Source of the DNA: Limnothrix sp. BL-A-16
GTDB taxonomy: Bacteria; Cyanobacteriota; Cyanobacteriia; CACIAM-69d
Direction: 5' to 3'
Assembly (NCBI GenBank): GCA_041937175.2
Contig: CP166615.1
Coordinates: 3,648,001-3,712,000 of the forward strand
DNA length: 64,000 bases
Part shown: positions 53,380 to 63,209 of the stretch, piece after piece
Layout: every line of letters begins with the position of its first letter
Numbering within the stretch: position 1 is the first letter of the stretch
The notes under the pieces: model-generated
Databases searched by the model: none
Told to the model about the DNA's origin: nothing
Seen by the model: the letters and a program-made list of their open reading frames with translations, nothing else
Program-made: the position numbers and the translations under genes

Positions 53380-53451
53380 TTAGTTTTGAACTGTTCCACC
53401 TTGACCCATCAGGGCGATCGCTCCTCCTTCGCACCCTAGGAGTTACGCACC

Positions 53452-54561
53452 ATGCTCCAAAGCCTAGAAATCGAAAACTTCCGCCAGTTTTCCCACTTCA
53501 CCATCCCCAAACTGGGCCGCATCAACCTGCTCACCGGCAAAAACAACAGCGGCAAAACCTCAGTCCTAGAAGCGATTTACTTGCTCATGACCCAGGAGCA
53601 TCCCGCCCAGATCATGACTGAGTTGCAACTCAGTCGAGGTGAAATTTCTCCGGCTGCTGATCCTCAGAAGTATGCTTCGGAAATCATTCATTTTTTTCAT
53701 AATCGAAAGACTACTTCTCAAAACATCATCAAAATTTCAGGTTTATCCAACACCTATCAAAAAGAGTTGACTATACAACTCGTGATGGATGATCACAAAA
53801 CGGATTCAATCATTACTTTTGATGCCTTTTCAAAAGATTTTCAAGAATCAACGAGACCCAAGATCTTAATCAACAGAAAAAAAACAGGATCGAAAGATAC
53901 TCAATACGGAGGAACTCTATCTCCTGATCGCGAAATTGTCTTTCAAAAATCAGGTGGCATTCAAAGTCCTCTTCATCAGGATCAGGATGTTGATTTCATG
54001 ATCTCAACAAAAGCAACATCTCAAGAAGCAGCTTATCTTTACAATGAAGTAGTTTTGCAGCCGACAGAGAATTTAGTCTTAGAGGCAGCAAAAATTCTAG
54101 AACCCAAAATTCAAAGAATTGCTCCAAGGTACGTTGATATTGAGAGAATTGGCTCAATCCCTAAGCAAGGCTTCTTTGCCAAGGTAGAAGGGTTTGATGA
54201 AATCATTCCACTTGCGAGTATGGGTGATGGATTATGGCGCATCCTAGGTCTTGTTTTGGTGCTGGTCAGTGCTAAAAATAAGATCTTGTTAATTGATGAA
54301 ATTGACACTGGCTTCCACTACAGCGTTATGGTGCAACTCTGGAAGTTAATTTGGAAAAGTGCCAAGGAGTTAGACATCCAGGTCTTTGCAACAACTCATA
54401 GTCGCGATTGCTGGGAAGCTCTAGGAGAGCTGATCGAAACAGAGGAAATTTATGGTGATGAAATCATGATTCATCGAATTGATGCGAAACACGATCACAG
54501 CGTCAGCTATGACACGGATAAAATCGTGATTGCTGCTGAAGACCAGGTTGAGGTTCGGTAG
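53452..54561 (+). CDS. AAA_15/AAA_21-type ABC-fold ATPase
   Basis: IENFR, GKNNSGKT, MGDG, LLIDEIDTGFH, ATTHS. Confidence 0.88.
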   Translation: MLQSLEIENFRQFSHFTIPKLGRINLLTGKNNSGKTSVLEAIYLLMTQEHPAQIMTELQLSRGEISPAADPQKYASEIIHFFHNRKTTSQNIIKISGLSNTYQKELTIQLVMDDHKTDSIITFDAFSKDFQESTRPKILINRKKTGSKDTQYGGTLSPDREIVFQKSGGIQSPLHQDQDVDFMISTKATSQEAAYLYNEVVLQPTENLVLEAAKILEPKIQRIAPRYVDIERIGSIPKQGFFAKVEGFDEIIPLASMGDGLWRILGLVLVLVSAKNKILLIDEIDTGFHYSVMVQLWKLIWKSAKELDIQVFATTHSRDCWEALGELIETEEIYGDEIMIHRIDAKHDHSVSYDTDKIVIAAEDQVEVR

Positions 54562-54563
54562 AG

Positions 54564-55241
54564 ATGAGTTCAGCAAGTCGCAAATCGAGAATTTTGTTTG
54601 TCGAAGGAAGTAGCGACAAAACAATCGTTAGCGAAATTCTCAATATCTATCTACCGCACTGGAAAATAACCAAAAAAAGATCGGGATCATCACAGCCACA
54701 GATCGATATTCAAGATCAACAAGGAATTAGCAATATAACGCCAGACAAAATATTTAACCAGCTAGCTGATCCTAATGTGTCTGCTCTAGGGGTTATGGTT
54801 GATGCTGACGGTAGCGCCTCAGATCAGTGGCAGGAAATCTGTAGAATCTGCCAATTTGTTAAACAATTGAATTCGATTTCATTCCCTGAGCAAATTCCGG
54901 AAAATGGGTTTGTTTGTTCAGTCACTGATAATCAAAAATTTGGTATCTGGATGATGCCAGATAATCGATCGCCTGGAATGCTGGAAACCCTGTTATCCTG
55001 TCTAATTCCCAGCGATCGCGAGAATCTATGGATACATTTACAGGCATCCGTTGATCAAGCAAAACGATTAGGCGCGCCATTCAGTGATCATCATTTAGAT
55101 AAAGCACGGATCTACACATGGTTGGCTTGGCATCATAAGCCTGGTGCATGGATCAAAACGGGAGAACGTGCTGTTTTTAATTTTGATCATCCTCAAATTC
55201 ATGCCTTTGTAGATTGGCTAAAGGCACTCTATGACTTATGA
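54564..55241 (+). CDS. DUF3226-type TOPRIM-like protein
   Basis: LFVEGSSD, GVMVDAD, GIWMMPDN...GMLE, DKA..Y.WLAW. Confidence 0.75.
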   Translation: MSSASRKSRILFVEGSSDKTIVSEILNIYLPHWKITKKRSGSSQPQIDIQDQQGISNITPDKIFNQLADPNVSALGVMVDADGSASDQWQEICRICQFVKQLNSISFPEQIPENGFVCSVTDNQKFGIWMMPDNRSPGMLETLLSCLIPSDRENLWIHLQASVDQAKRLGAPFSDHHLDKARIYTWLAWHHKPGAWIKTGERAVFNFDHPQIHAFVDWLKALYDL

Positions 55242-55314
55242 GCCGGTAATCTGTAGGGCGGGATTGCACCCCAAAATTGATTCAACCAATTGATTCATAG
55301 GATGGATTGGCGCT

Positions 55315-56466
55315 GTGGCTGACCGGATGCGGATTTGTGTGACGATCGGGACTCGACCGGAAGCGATCAAGATGGCTCCGGTGGCGCGGGCGTTCTTGCA
55401 GGACGATCGCTTCGAGACCCAGATTCTGCTGACGGGCCAGCATAAGGAAATGGTCGAGCAGGTGATGAGCCTGTTTGAGTTGCAGGGCGATCGGGACTTG
55501 GCGATTATGCAGCCGGGGCAAACCCTGACGGATATTACATGCCGCAGCTTGACCGGCTTGGGGGCGCTGTTTGCAGAGCTTCAGCCCCAGTTGGTGTTGG
55601 TGCAGGGCGACACAACGACGGCCTTTGCGGCGGCCCTGGCGGCGTTTTATCAGCAAATTCCCGTGGGGCATGTGGAGGCGGGTTTGCGGACAGACAATCT
55701 CTACAGTCCGTTCCCCGAGGAGGCAAATCGGCGGCTGATTTCCCAGGTGACGCAGTTGCACTTTGCGCCGACGGATTTGGCGGTGGCGAATTTGCAAAAG
55801 TCGGGGGTGATGGGCGAGGTTCACCAAACGGGCAACACGGTGATCGATGCGCTGTTGGCGGTGGCGGCGAAAAATCCCCCTTGCCCGATCGCCCCCTTGG
55901 CCGGAACCGCAACGGCCGGGCGATCGCTCGATTGGTCAGCAGGGCCGGTGATTTTGGCAACGGTGCATCGCCGGGAAAATTGGGGCGACCCGCTACACGA
56001 GATTGCCGATGGGTTCTTGGGGCTGCTCGATCGCTTCCCGGATCTGTCGTTGGTGTTGCCGCTGCACCGTAACCCGACCGTGCGCGAGCCGCTGATCGGC
56101 AAGCTGGGGCCCCATGATCGGGTGTTTTTGACGGAGCCGCTGGACTATTCGGCGCTGATTGGGGCGATGCAGCGATCGACCCTGATCCTCACGGACTCCG
56201 GCGGTTTGCAAGAGGAAGCGCCGAGCCTGGGCAAGCCGGTGCTGGTGCTGCGGGACACGACGGAACGACCCGAGGCGATCGCGGCGGGCACGGCCAAACT
56301 GATCGGCACGGCCACGGCGGATATTGTGCGGGAAGCGAGTCTTTTGCTGAGCGATCGGGCTGCCTACGAGGCCATGGCCCACGCAGCTAATCCCTTTGGG
56401 GATGGTCAGGCGGCGGCACGAATTGTCCAAGCGGTGGCCGCTTGGTTGGCGCAGCGATCGAGTTAG
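55315..56466 (+). CDS. wecB: UDP-N-acetylglucosamine 2-epimerase (non-hydrolysing)
   Basis: GTRPEAIKMAP, QGDT, HVEAGLR, HRREN, TDSGGLQEEAP. Confidence 0.96.
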   Translation: MADRMRICVTIGTRPEAIKMAPVARAFLQDDRFETQILLTGQHKEMVEQVMSLFELQGDRDLAIMQPGQTLTDITCRSLTGLGALFAELQPQLVLVQGDTTTAFAAALAAFYQQIPVGHVEAGLRTDNLYSPFPEEANRRLISQVTQLHFAPTDLAVANLQKSGVMGEVHQTGNTVIDALLAVAAKNPPCPIAPLAGTATAGRSLDWSAGPVILATVHRRENWGDPLHEIADGFLGLLDRFPDLSLVLPLHRNPTVREPLIGKLGPHDRVFLTEPLDYSALIGAMQRSTLILTDSGGLQEEAPSLGKPVLVLRDTTERPEAIAAGTAKLIGTATADIVREASLLLSDRAAYEAMAHAANPFGDGQAAARIVQAVAAWLAQRSS

Positions 56467-57195
56467 GTAGCGGAGACACTGAGCAGTTCGATCGCTCTGG
56501 GGCAGTTAGCGACCACAGAGCGAGCGCATCACTGAAAATCACGACAGATGGGAGCAAACCATCGTGGCGGCCACTTGGCTTGCTCCCAGTTTGTTTACGG
56601 AATATCAGGTATGAATTAGCACAGTTGTTTACGTTTTTCTGAGTCTAGCGTTGGCGGTCGCGTATTTTTTTTAACCAATCAAAGGGACTCAGTAAACCTT
56701 GGTTGAGCGCTAATTTTCTGGTGATGAAGCTGGGTGATTTTTTTGACCTCTAAAACTGCTTTTTCAATAGTTATTAAGATTTCCCGATCGCGCTGTGGGA
56801 TTGGTCATTTTAATCGCGATATTTAGAGTATCCTCAAAAGCCCACAGATCCTTGATCCCCGAGATCAGGTCTGAACTTCGCTGAATTTTGCAGCAATCAG
56901 CGCGGGTGGTACTGTTGATGACCGTTTGTTTCGGTCAGATCAGGAGCCTGGTTTCAAAGGCCGTTTCTCAGATCCTTGAGCAAATGGTTATGATTTGATC
57001 CCCGCGCTCCCGCGCCGATCGCCCCTTGAGGATCAACCTCAGATGCAGCACTGTGACTCCTAGTCCAGATCATGGATTTGTTCATAATGAAATCCATGAA
57101 TTTTGGGTTGTGCAGATGCCAATTTTGGGGTTGAGCCGTCACTGTGTATGGGGCATTTGGGATGGTTAATTTTCTTAAAAAAAGTCATAAAGACC

Positions 57196-57402
57196 ATGGC
57201 TAATGCTGTGAATTTATCGGATGCAACCCTGATGGAAATTTATGCAGATGCGATGACTTCAGGGGTCATTACAGAGGATCAATGCGAGCGACTCCATGAG
57301 GCGCTGGTGGACAGTGACTTGACGGAGCACGAGCAACAGGCGTTGAATCGAATTTTCCATTCGGTTTGGCGAGGATGGCTCCGTTATGGCGATCGCTCCT
57401 GA
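57196..57402 (+). CDS. Small conserved cyanobacterial hypothetical protein
   Basis: 68 aa; SG.IT..D...L..AL....L...E...L.R...V.RG pattern. Confidence 0.65.
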   Translation: MANAVNLSDATLMEIYADAMTSGVITEDQCERLHEALVDSDLTEHEQQALNRIFHSVWRGWLRYGDRS

Positions 57403-58729
57403 GCACGCCCCCCGATCGACTCATGCAGCACCGTTGTTGGGCAATCCATTTCGATGGTCAATCAAACGACCAAGGGGATGGGTAATGCCATGGTTCACCC
57501 GATCGCGCCGTTGGCTGGTGGCGATCGGGTTGGGGTTCCTGTTGGGGTTGGGTTGGTTGCTGGGGTCGGTTGCCCTGGCCCGATCGCAGTCCTTGCCGGA
57601 GTTGCGCCAACAGCAACAGCAACTGAACCAGCAGCGGCAAACCGTTAAGGAACAGCGGCAAACCGTCCAGCAACAGCAACAGGCAACCCAGGAACAGATG
57701 AAAACCCTGGAGCAGTCGCTTGATCGCACCGAAGCCGAAGCCGATCGTACCCAAAGCCGTTTGGATACGGCGGTGGATCAGTTGGCGATTTTGGAGCGCG
57801 ATTTAGCCCTTGCGGAACAGAACTACCAGCGCAAACGGTTGGCGATCGTGGCGCGGCTGCGGTTTTTGCAACAACAGTCGCCCCAGTGGGGATTGGCGGC
57901 ATTGCTCCAGAGCAAGTCGATCGAACAGTTTTTTGATCATCAACACCGACTGCAAGCGGTCTATGGAGCCGATCGCCGACAACTGAAGGAACTCGATCGC
58001 GCTGCGGATCAGCTCAGTTTGCAGCGCAGTCAATGGCAAGAACGCCGTCGGGAATTGGCCAGCCTCAGCCAAGATCTGAGCCTGGAGGAGTTGGAATTGC
58101 GTCGCCGCACCCAAGCAGAGCAGGCCCGGGCGGCCGCCTTGCGGGCCGACCAAGCCCGCTTGCAAACGGAACAGGCCCAGCTCGATCGGGACTCGGCCAA
58201 CCTCACGCGCCTGATTCAGCAGCGCATTACCGAACAGCAACAGGCCGAGGCGATCGCCCGTTTAAATCGCATGGCCGCCTTTCGCGTACCGGGCCAGTTT
58301 GGGAGTCTGAATGCCGGTGAACCCAAAATTTTGAAGTTACCGGGCGGCATTTTGGCTACGCCCGTGGACGCGCTGATCACCAGTGGGTTTGGCTGGCGGG
58401 TGCATCCGATTTTGGGCTACGGCCGACAGCACAATGGGATTGATTTTGGGGCAGCCTATGGAACCACGGTGCGATCGGCCCATGGCGGAACCGTGGTGGT
58501 GGCCGGCTCGTTTGGGGGCTATGGCAACACGGTGGTGATCGATCGGGGGGATGGCCTGTCCACCCTCTATGGTCACAACAGCGAACTCTATGTGCGGGTG
58601 GGGCAAACGGTGCAAAAGGGCGAGGCGATCGCCGCCGTTGGTTCCACGGGGCTGTCCACGGGGCCCCACTTGCATTTTGAAGTGCGGGAAAATGGCAATC
58701 CAGTGGATCCAGTGCCCTATCTGCGCTAA
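57386..58729 (+). CDS. Murein hydrolase activator EnvC / M23 peptidase
   Basis: Signal/TM, long coiled coil, H.GID, YGH, STGPHLHFE; start may be 57485. Confidence 0.9.
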   Translation: MAIAPEHAPRSTHAAPLLGNPFRWSIKRPRGWVMPWFTRSRRWLVAIGLGFLLGLGWLLGSVALARSQSLPELRQQQQQLNQQRQTVKEQRQTVQQQQQATQEQMKTLEQSLDRTEAEADRTQSRLDTAVDQLAILERDLALAEQNYQRKRLAIVARLRFLQQQSPQWGLAALLQSKSIEQFFDHQHRLQAVYGADRRQLKELDRAADQLSLQRSQWQERRRELASLSQDLSLEELELRRRTQAEQARAAALRADQARLQTEQAQLDRDSANLTRLIQQRITEQQQAEAIARLNRMAAFRVPGQFGSLNAGEPKILKLPGGILATPVDALITSGFGWRVHPILGYGRQHNGIDFGAAYGTTVRSAHGGTVVVAGSFGGYGNTVVIDRGDGLSTLYGHNSELYVRVGQTVQKGEAIAAVGSTGLSTGPHLHFEVRENGNPVDPVPYLR

Positions 58730-58747
58730 AGCCATGTCCGAGGGTTC

Positions 58748-59034
58748 GGGCCTGTCGTTATTTTCTAGGATCAAGTGAAAATGGTTGATCCTCAACGCCC
58801 TAGCCAACCTAGACAAGGGGCTTAGGGACTGTCGTCGTTTAACCCGAAACCCTAGATCTGCCGTTAGCGGATCGTGAGGGACAAGGGGCTTAAGCCCCTT
58901 GTTACGACGGTTAGGACACAGAAGATCAACCGTTCTAGCATCACCTCGAAAAATGACGACACCCCCTAAGCCCCTTGCCCCCCACGATCTGCTAGCGGTG
59001 GAACCAGGGTTTTAGGTGATTTAACGACAGGCCC
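58748..59034. mobile_element. Outer MITE with 13-bp TIR, interrupted by an inner MITE
   Basis: GGGCCTGTCGTTA (58748) / TAACGACAGGCCC (59034). Confidence 0.75.
58825..58966. mobile_element. Inner MITE inserted at the TA of the outer element's palindrome
   Basis: Imperfect TIR GGGACTGTCGTC / GACGACACCCCC; TA duplication; removal restores CAAGGGGCTTAAGCCCCTTG. Confidence 0.75.
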
Positions 59035-59064
59035 CCAGCGAGATCCACCGTTGATTAACCCTAT

Positions 59065-59676
59065 TCAGCTCACCCCTAGGGTCGCGAGGCGATCGAGTAA
59101 CGGTTGGGCTGCCGTTTCCAAATCTTGGCCAAAGGACAACACCCCATCCTCATGACCCGCCATCACCAAAATGCGGCATTCCGGTAAGGGACTTTCGGTA
59201 AACAGCCGCGCCATTTCCCGCGCCATGGCCGGTGTGCCGTAGGGAACCGTTGCCCGAGTGGTGGGCAGGCGATCGCGCTCTTGATCCCAAAGGGCGGGAC
59301 AGTGACCGTGAATAATCGCCTGAATGTTTGGATCCAGTTGGTAGATGGCCGCATGGGTCAGGGACTCCGATGAGGCGCAGATCGGCCCCCGGCAGTGCAG
59401 CCAGTTGCGATCGATCTCCCAGCGATCGACCAGGGTGTAATGCTCGGGGCCGGTGGTGGTGAGGTGGCCCGTCTGCGTACCGGAAATCAGAAATCGATCG
59501 ATCCCCAGACGAATGCTGAGGTTGCCGTAGCCAATGCCGTTGGGATACACCCCGATCGCCCCCCACTGAAACAGCCGATCGCGCCAGGTGATCAGCGCCT
59601 GCAACGCCACCGGGTCAAGGGCGATCGGGGGAGCCTGTTCCCAATCGCAGGCAAATTTAATTACGCCCTCATCCAT
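59065..59676 (-). CDS. Class II aldolase/adducin family protein
   Basis: GNLS.R, ISGT, SSE..THAAIY, IIHGH, MAGH..G; overlaps the mtnA stop. Confidence 0.85.
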   Translation of the reverse strand: MDEGVIKFACDWEQAPPIALDPVALQALITWRDRLFQWGAIGVYPNGIGYGNLSIRLGIDRFLISGTQTGHLTTTGPEHYTLVDRWEIDRNWLHCRGPICASSESLTHAAIYQLDPNIQAIIHGHCPALWDQERDRLPTTRATVPYGTPAMAREMARLFTESPLPECRILVMAGHEDGVLSFGQDLETAAQPLLDRLATLGVS

Positions 59677-60790
59677 GATTTTGGGTCTCCTGTTCGGGAA
59701 ACAGGCCCAGCAAGCCCGCCTCGGAGGCCGCGCAAAGACCGCGCTCGGTGATCAACCCCGTGACCAACCGGGCCGGGGTCACATCAAACCCATAGTTCGC
59801 CGCCGGAGAGTCTTCTGGGCAGATCAGCACAGAGGTGATCGCTCCCGATTCCGTGCGGCCGTCCATATATTTCACTTCCCGATCGCTCCGTTGTTCGATC
59901 GGAATTTCCCGCACCCCGTCCCGCAAGGTCCAATCGATCGTGGAAGACGGCAGCGCCACGTAAAACGGCACCTCGTTATCCTTCGCGGCCAAGGCCTTGA
60001 GGTAAGTGCCAATTTTGTTGGCCACATCGCCACAGCGCGTGGTGCGATCGCTCCCCACAATCACCAAATCCACCAAACCATGCTGCATCAAGTGGCCGCC
60101 CGTGTTGTCCGCAATCAGGGTATGGGGCACGCCATGTTGGCCCAACTCCCAAGCGGTCAGCTTTGCACCCTGGTTGCGTGGGCGGGTTTCGTCTACCCAC
60201 ACATGAAGCGGAATCCCCTGATCAAAGGCTTGATAAATGGGAGCGGTGGCGGTTCCCCAGTCCACGCAGGCCAACCAGCCCGCATTGCAGTGCGTCAACA
60301 CATTCACAGGGCGGCCGGTGCGGCCATAGATGTCTGCAATCAGGCGTTGGCCGTGGTGGCCAATTTGGGCACATTGCTGCACGTCGGCCTCGATGATTTC
60401 GGCGGCCCGCAGCCGCAGCCGATCGAACGCGGCCGCCCCAGACTGACAATCGGCCACCGCCGCCAACTGCTGAGCGATCGCCCAATGGAGGTTCACGGCC
60501 GTGGGCCGCGTTTTCAGCAGCCGTTGGGCCGCCTCCGCGATCGCGCCCTGAAAGTCCGCCGCCGATCGCGCTGCCATACCCGCCAGGGCCATCCCCACCG
60601 CCGCCGTGGCCCCAATCAGCGGCGCACCGCGCACCACCATTTCCTCGATCGCCCAAGCGGCCGTTTCCAAATCCGGCAGCGGTTGCCAAACCAGTTGATG
60701 GGGCAATTGCCGCTGGTCAATCACCGCCACCGTTTCCGGGCGATCGGGATCAAACCGAATGGTTCGGGTCGCAACACCAGCAATTTTCAT
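59669..60790 (-). CDS. mtnA: S-methyl-5-thioribose-1-phosphate isomerase
   Basis: IDQR.LP, VRGAP.IG, RPTAVNL, THCNAG, ETRP..QG, NKIGT, FDVTP. Confidence 0.95.
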   Translation of the reverse strand: MKIAGVATRTIRFDPDRPETVAVIDQRQLPHQLVWQPLPDLETAAWAIEEMVVRGAPLIGATAAVGMALAGMAARSAADFQGAIAEAAQRLLKTRPTAVNLHWAIAQQLAAVADCQSGAAAFDRLRLRAAEIIEADVQQCAQIGHHGQRLIADIYGRTGRPVNVLTHCNAGWLACVDWGTATAPIYQAFDQGIPLHVWVDETRPRNQGAKLTAWELGQHGVPHTLIADNTGGHLMQHGLVDLVIVGSDRTTRCGDVANKIGTYLKALAAKDNEVPFYVALPSSTIDWTLRDGVREIPIEQRSDREVKYMDGRTESGAITSVLICPEDSPAANYGFDVTPARLVTGLITERGLCAASEAGLLGLFPEQETQNHG

Positions 60791-60891
60791 GAACCACCAC
60801 CACAATCCAAAGGGCGATCGTCATCTTGGCATTGAGGGTTGGCCTGGCTCAAGCCAAGGGTGCATCCACAGCCGGGAGAACCCGTCGGCAA

Positions 60892-62019
60892 CTATTTCAC
60901 CTCCGGATGCGGAAACAACGTCGTGGCAGGCTGAAATTGATTGATTTGGTGAATTAACTGGTGCAACCGACCCAAATCCCGTTGGTTAAACGTCATCACC
61001 AAGCGCGGCAACCCTACCGTAGGGCTGTTGCGTTCTGCGGGCAGGGCGGCGGATTTTTCGATCGCCCCATGAACCAAAATGTCACTGAAGGTTTCGTTCA
61101 GGTTGGCTAACCACTCATCCGACAGTTCCGTTCGCAATCGCAACACCAGCCGATCGCCCACATAGCGGCTGGAGTGATAAATCCGATAAAAGTCCGCGAT
61201 GTAGTCACAGGCGGCGGCCGGGCGATCAGTCATGAAATACAAATTCAAATCTTCAGGGCTGATCAGGCCACGGCGCAGCAGGTGGTCACGGTGGTAGGCT
61301 TCCCAGGTTTGCCAATAGTCTCCACCGGGGCGATCGAGCAGCACAATGGGCGCTGGGCCAAACTTGCCCGTTTGCGACAGCGTGAGGCACTCAAAGGCCT
61401 CATCCTGCGTGCCAAAGCCCCCGGGAAACAACGCCACCGCATCGCTTTCGCGCAGGAAGAATAGCTTGCGCGTAAAGAAATACTTGAAGTTCACCAGCTT
61501 GGGATCCCCGTCAATGTGGGGATTGGAGGTTTGCTCAAAGGGCAACTGGATATTGAGGCCAAAGGACTTTTCCCGGCCGGCCCCCTCATTGGCCGCCTGC
61601 ATGATGCCCGGGCCGGCTCCCGTGATGGCCATGAAGCCCCGGGCCGTGATGCAACGGGCGAAGGTCAAGGCCGCCTCATATTCTGGCTCTTGCTCGGGCG
61701 TGCGGGCTGACCCAAAGATGGCCACCTTCCGCACATGGCGATAGGGATAGAACACCTCGATCGCCCGTTGCATGTCGATTAGAGCACCGTTCAGGATTTT
61801 CCAATCCAGGCGATCGGCGTGGCTGTCGGCCAATTCCAACACAGTTTCGAGGGCTAACTGCACCAGGCCGCTGTTGGGAAGGGTTTCCAGGCGATCGAGC
61901 AAATCCACCATCTGATGGCGCAACCGTTCTCCGCTGTTCCGACGGTCTACGGATAATGACGAAAAGGCCACAGTCCCTCCCTGGCTTGCTTGGGCCAGCG
62001 CAATCTGTCTTTTTTTCAA
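60892..62019 (-). CDS. LOG family (lysine decarboxylase-like) protein
   Basis: FGSAR, TG.GPGIM.A.N, LPFEQ, YFF.RK, PGGFGT.DE; start uncertain. Confidence 0.88.
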   Translation of the reverse strand: MKKRQIALAQASQGGTVAFSSLSVDRRNSGERLRHQMVDLLDRLETLPNSGLVQLALETVLELADSHADRLDWKILNGALIDMQRAIEVFYPYRHVRKVAIFGSARTPEQEPEYEAALTFARCITARGFMAITGAGPGIMQAANEGAGREKSFGLNIQLPFEQTSNPHIDGDPKLVNFKYFFTRKLFFLRESDAVALFPGGFGTQDEAFECLTLSQTGKFGPAPIVLLDRPGGDYWQTWEAYHRDHLLRRGLISPEDLNLYFMTDRPAAACDYIADFYRIYHSSRYVGDRLVLRLRTELSDEWLANLNETFSDILVHGAIEKSAALPAERNSPTVGLPRLVMTFNQRDLGRLHQLIHQINQFQPATTLFPHPEVK

Positions 62020-62147
62020 TATCTCACTTCACGATCCCCGGCGATCCCCCCTTAAATTGCCGTTAACGTTCCTTTGGTACAAAACCAATCAAAACCGGTC
62101 AACTTAGGCCAAAACCAATCAAAACCGATCGAATCAGACCAAAACAA

Positions 62148-62172
62148 AAGAACCTGGCCAAGCCAGGTTCTT
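62148..62172 (-). terminator. Terminator downstream of trxA
   Basis: AAGAACCTGGC-CAA-GCCAGGTTCTT with a U-tract on the minus strand. Confidence 0.7.
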
Positions 62173-62372
62173 CGTACTTACCAATTTCTGTTCAGGTTCA
62201 GGGGCTTTTGGAACATCTTTTGAAGGTTGCTAAAACGTTTTCAGCACCCCGAGTGAACCCTAAACTACTCGCAACAGGAACGATCAAACCACCACCGAGG
62301 AGCTGACCCCATCGCTGATTCGGGGTTCCCAATCAAGCGAGCCTGGGCCAGCATTCACTCCTTAGCTTTGTG

Positions 62373-62708
62373 TTACTTGGTCTCATCGATGTACTTAGCG
62401 AGGGTGCCGGCCAAGGTGGTCTTTGGCACTGCGCCCACAACCATATCCACGCGATCGCCGCCCTTGAAAATCATGAGGGTGGGAATGCTGCGAATACCGT
62501 ACTGGCTTGCAATGCCAGGGTTTTCATCGGTATTCAGCTTCACAACCTTCACTTTCTTGTCAAATTCTTGAGCGATTTCATCAACCACCGGCGCTACCAT
62601 CCGACAAGGCCCGCACCAGGGTGCCCAGAAATCTACCAATACTGGGACTGTGCTTTGGAGCACTTCTGCCTCGAAGTTTGCGTCGGTAACTGCCGTTGCT
62701 GCCGCCAT
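62373..62708 (-). CDS. trxA: Thioredoxin (m-type)
   Basis: [25 protein letters not shown]. Confidence 0.96.
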   Translation of the reverse strand: MAAATAVTDANFEAEVLQSTVPVLVDFWAPWCGPCRMVAPVVDEIAQEFDKKVKVVKLNTDENPGIASQYGIRSIPTLMIFKGGDRVDMVVGAVPKTTLAGTLAKYIDETK

Positions 62709-63209
62709 GCTGACCTATCCTCTAAACCGTTACTAAATCAGTCTTTTGACTCAGACCAATCTTGACATCTTTCCTCGGCCAAAACATGGAAAATTTCCCA
62801 AAGCCAAGGTTAGTTCCTGAACCGCCGTTCCCCTGCCTAGACAAGTCCTTGAGGGATTTGGCACGCCATGCTTGATACGAGGCAAATCCAGATTACCACA
62901 AGCAAAACTCCAGCTCTGACGATTTGACCGATCGCTCAGAAACTTTACGAGATCGGGTACGAGATCGCGGCGGATCAAGCGAAATCACAGCGGAACTACT
63001 GGGGATCCGGTCTGTTTCGGGGCTGCGCTTGGGCGATCGCTGGCGGTGGCTAAGTTAGGGCGCGATCGGGTCGGAGAACCTAGTGATTGCTCCAATCCCG
63101 ATCGGGCGATCGGCCTGGTTGTTGACTAACTAGTTTTGCCTATGGCCCGCATCAGCCACCTGCATTAGCCACCACAGCGAGACCCATTCCTAAGCTAGCC
63201 AGCCTTGGG

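Noticed and set aside
56467..57195. Long intergenic region with a small hairpin (CATGGATTT...AAATCCATG)
   Set aside because: No convincing ORF or RNA motif; consistent with promoter DNA.
59588..60835. 415-aa plus-strand ORF
   Set aside because: Entirely antisense to mtnA in GC-rich DNA; implausible composition.
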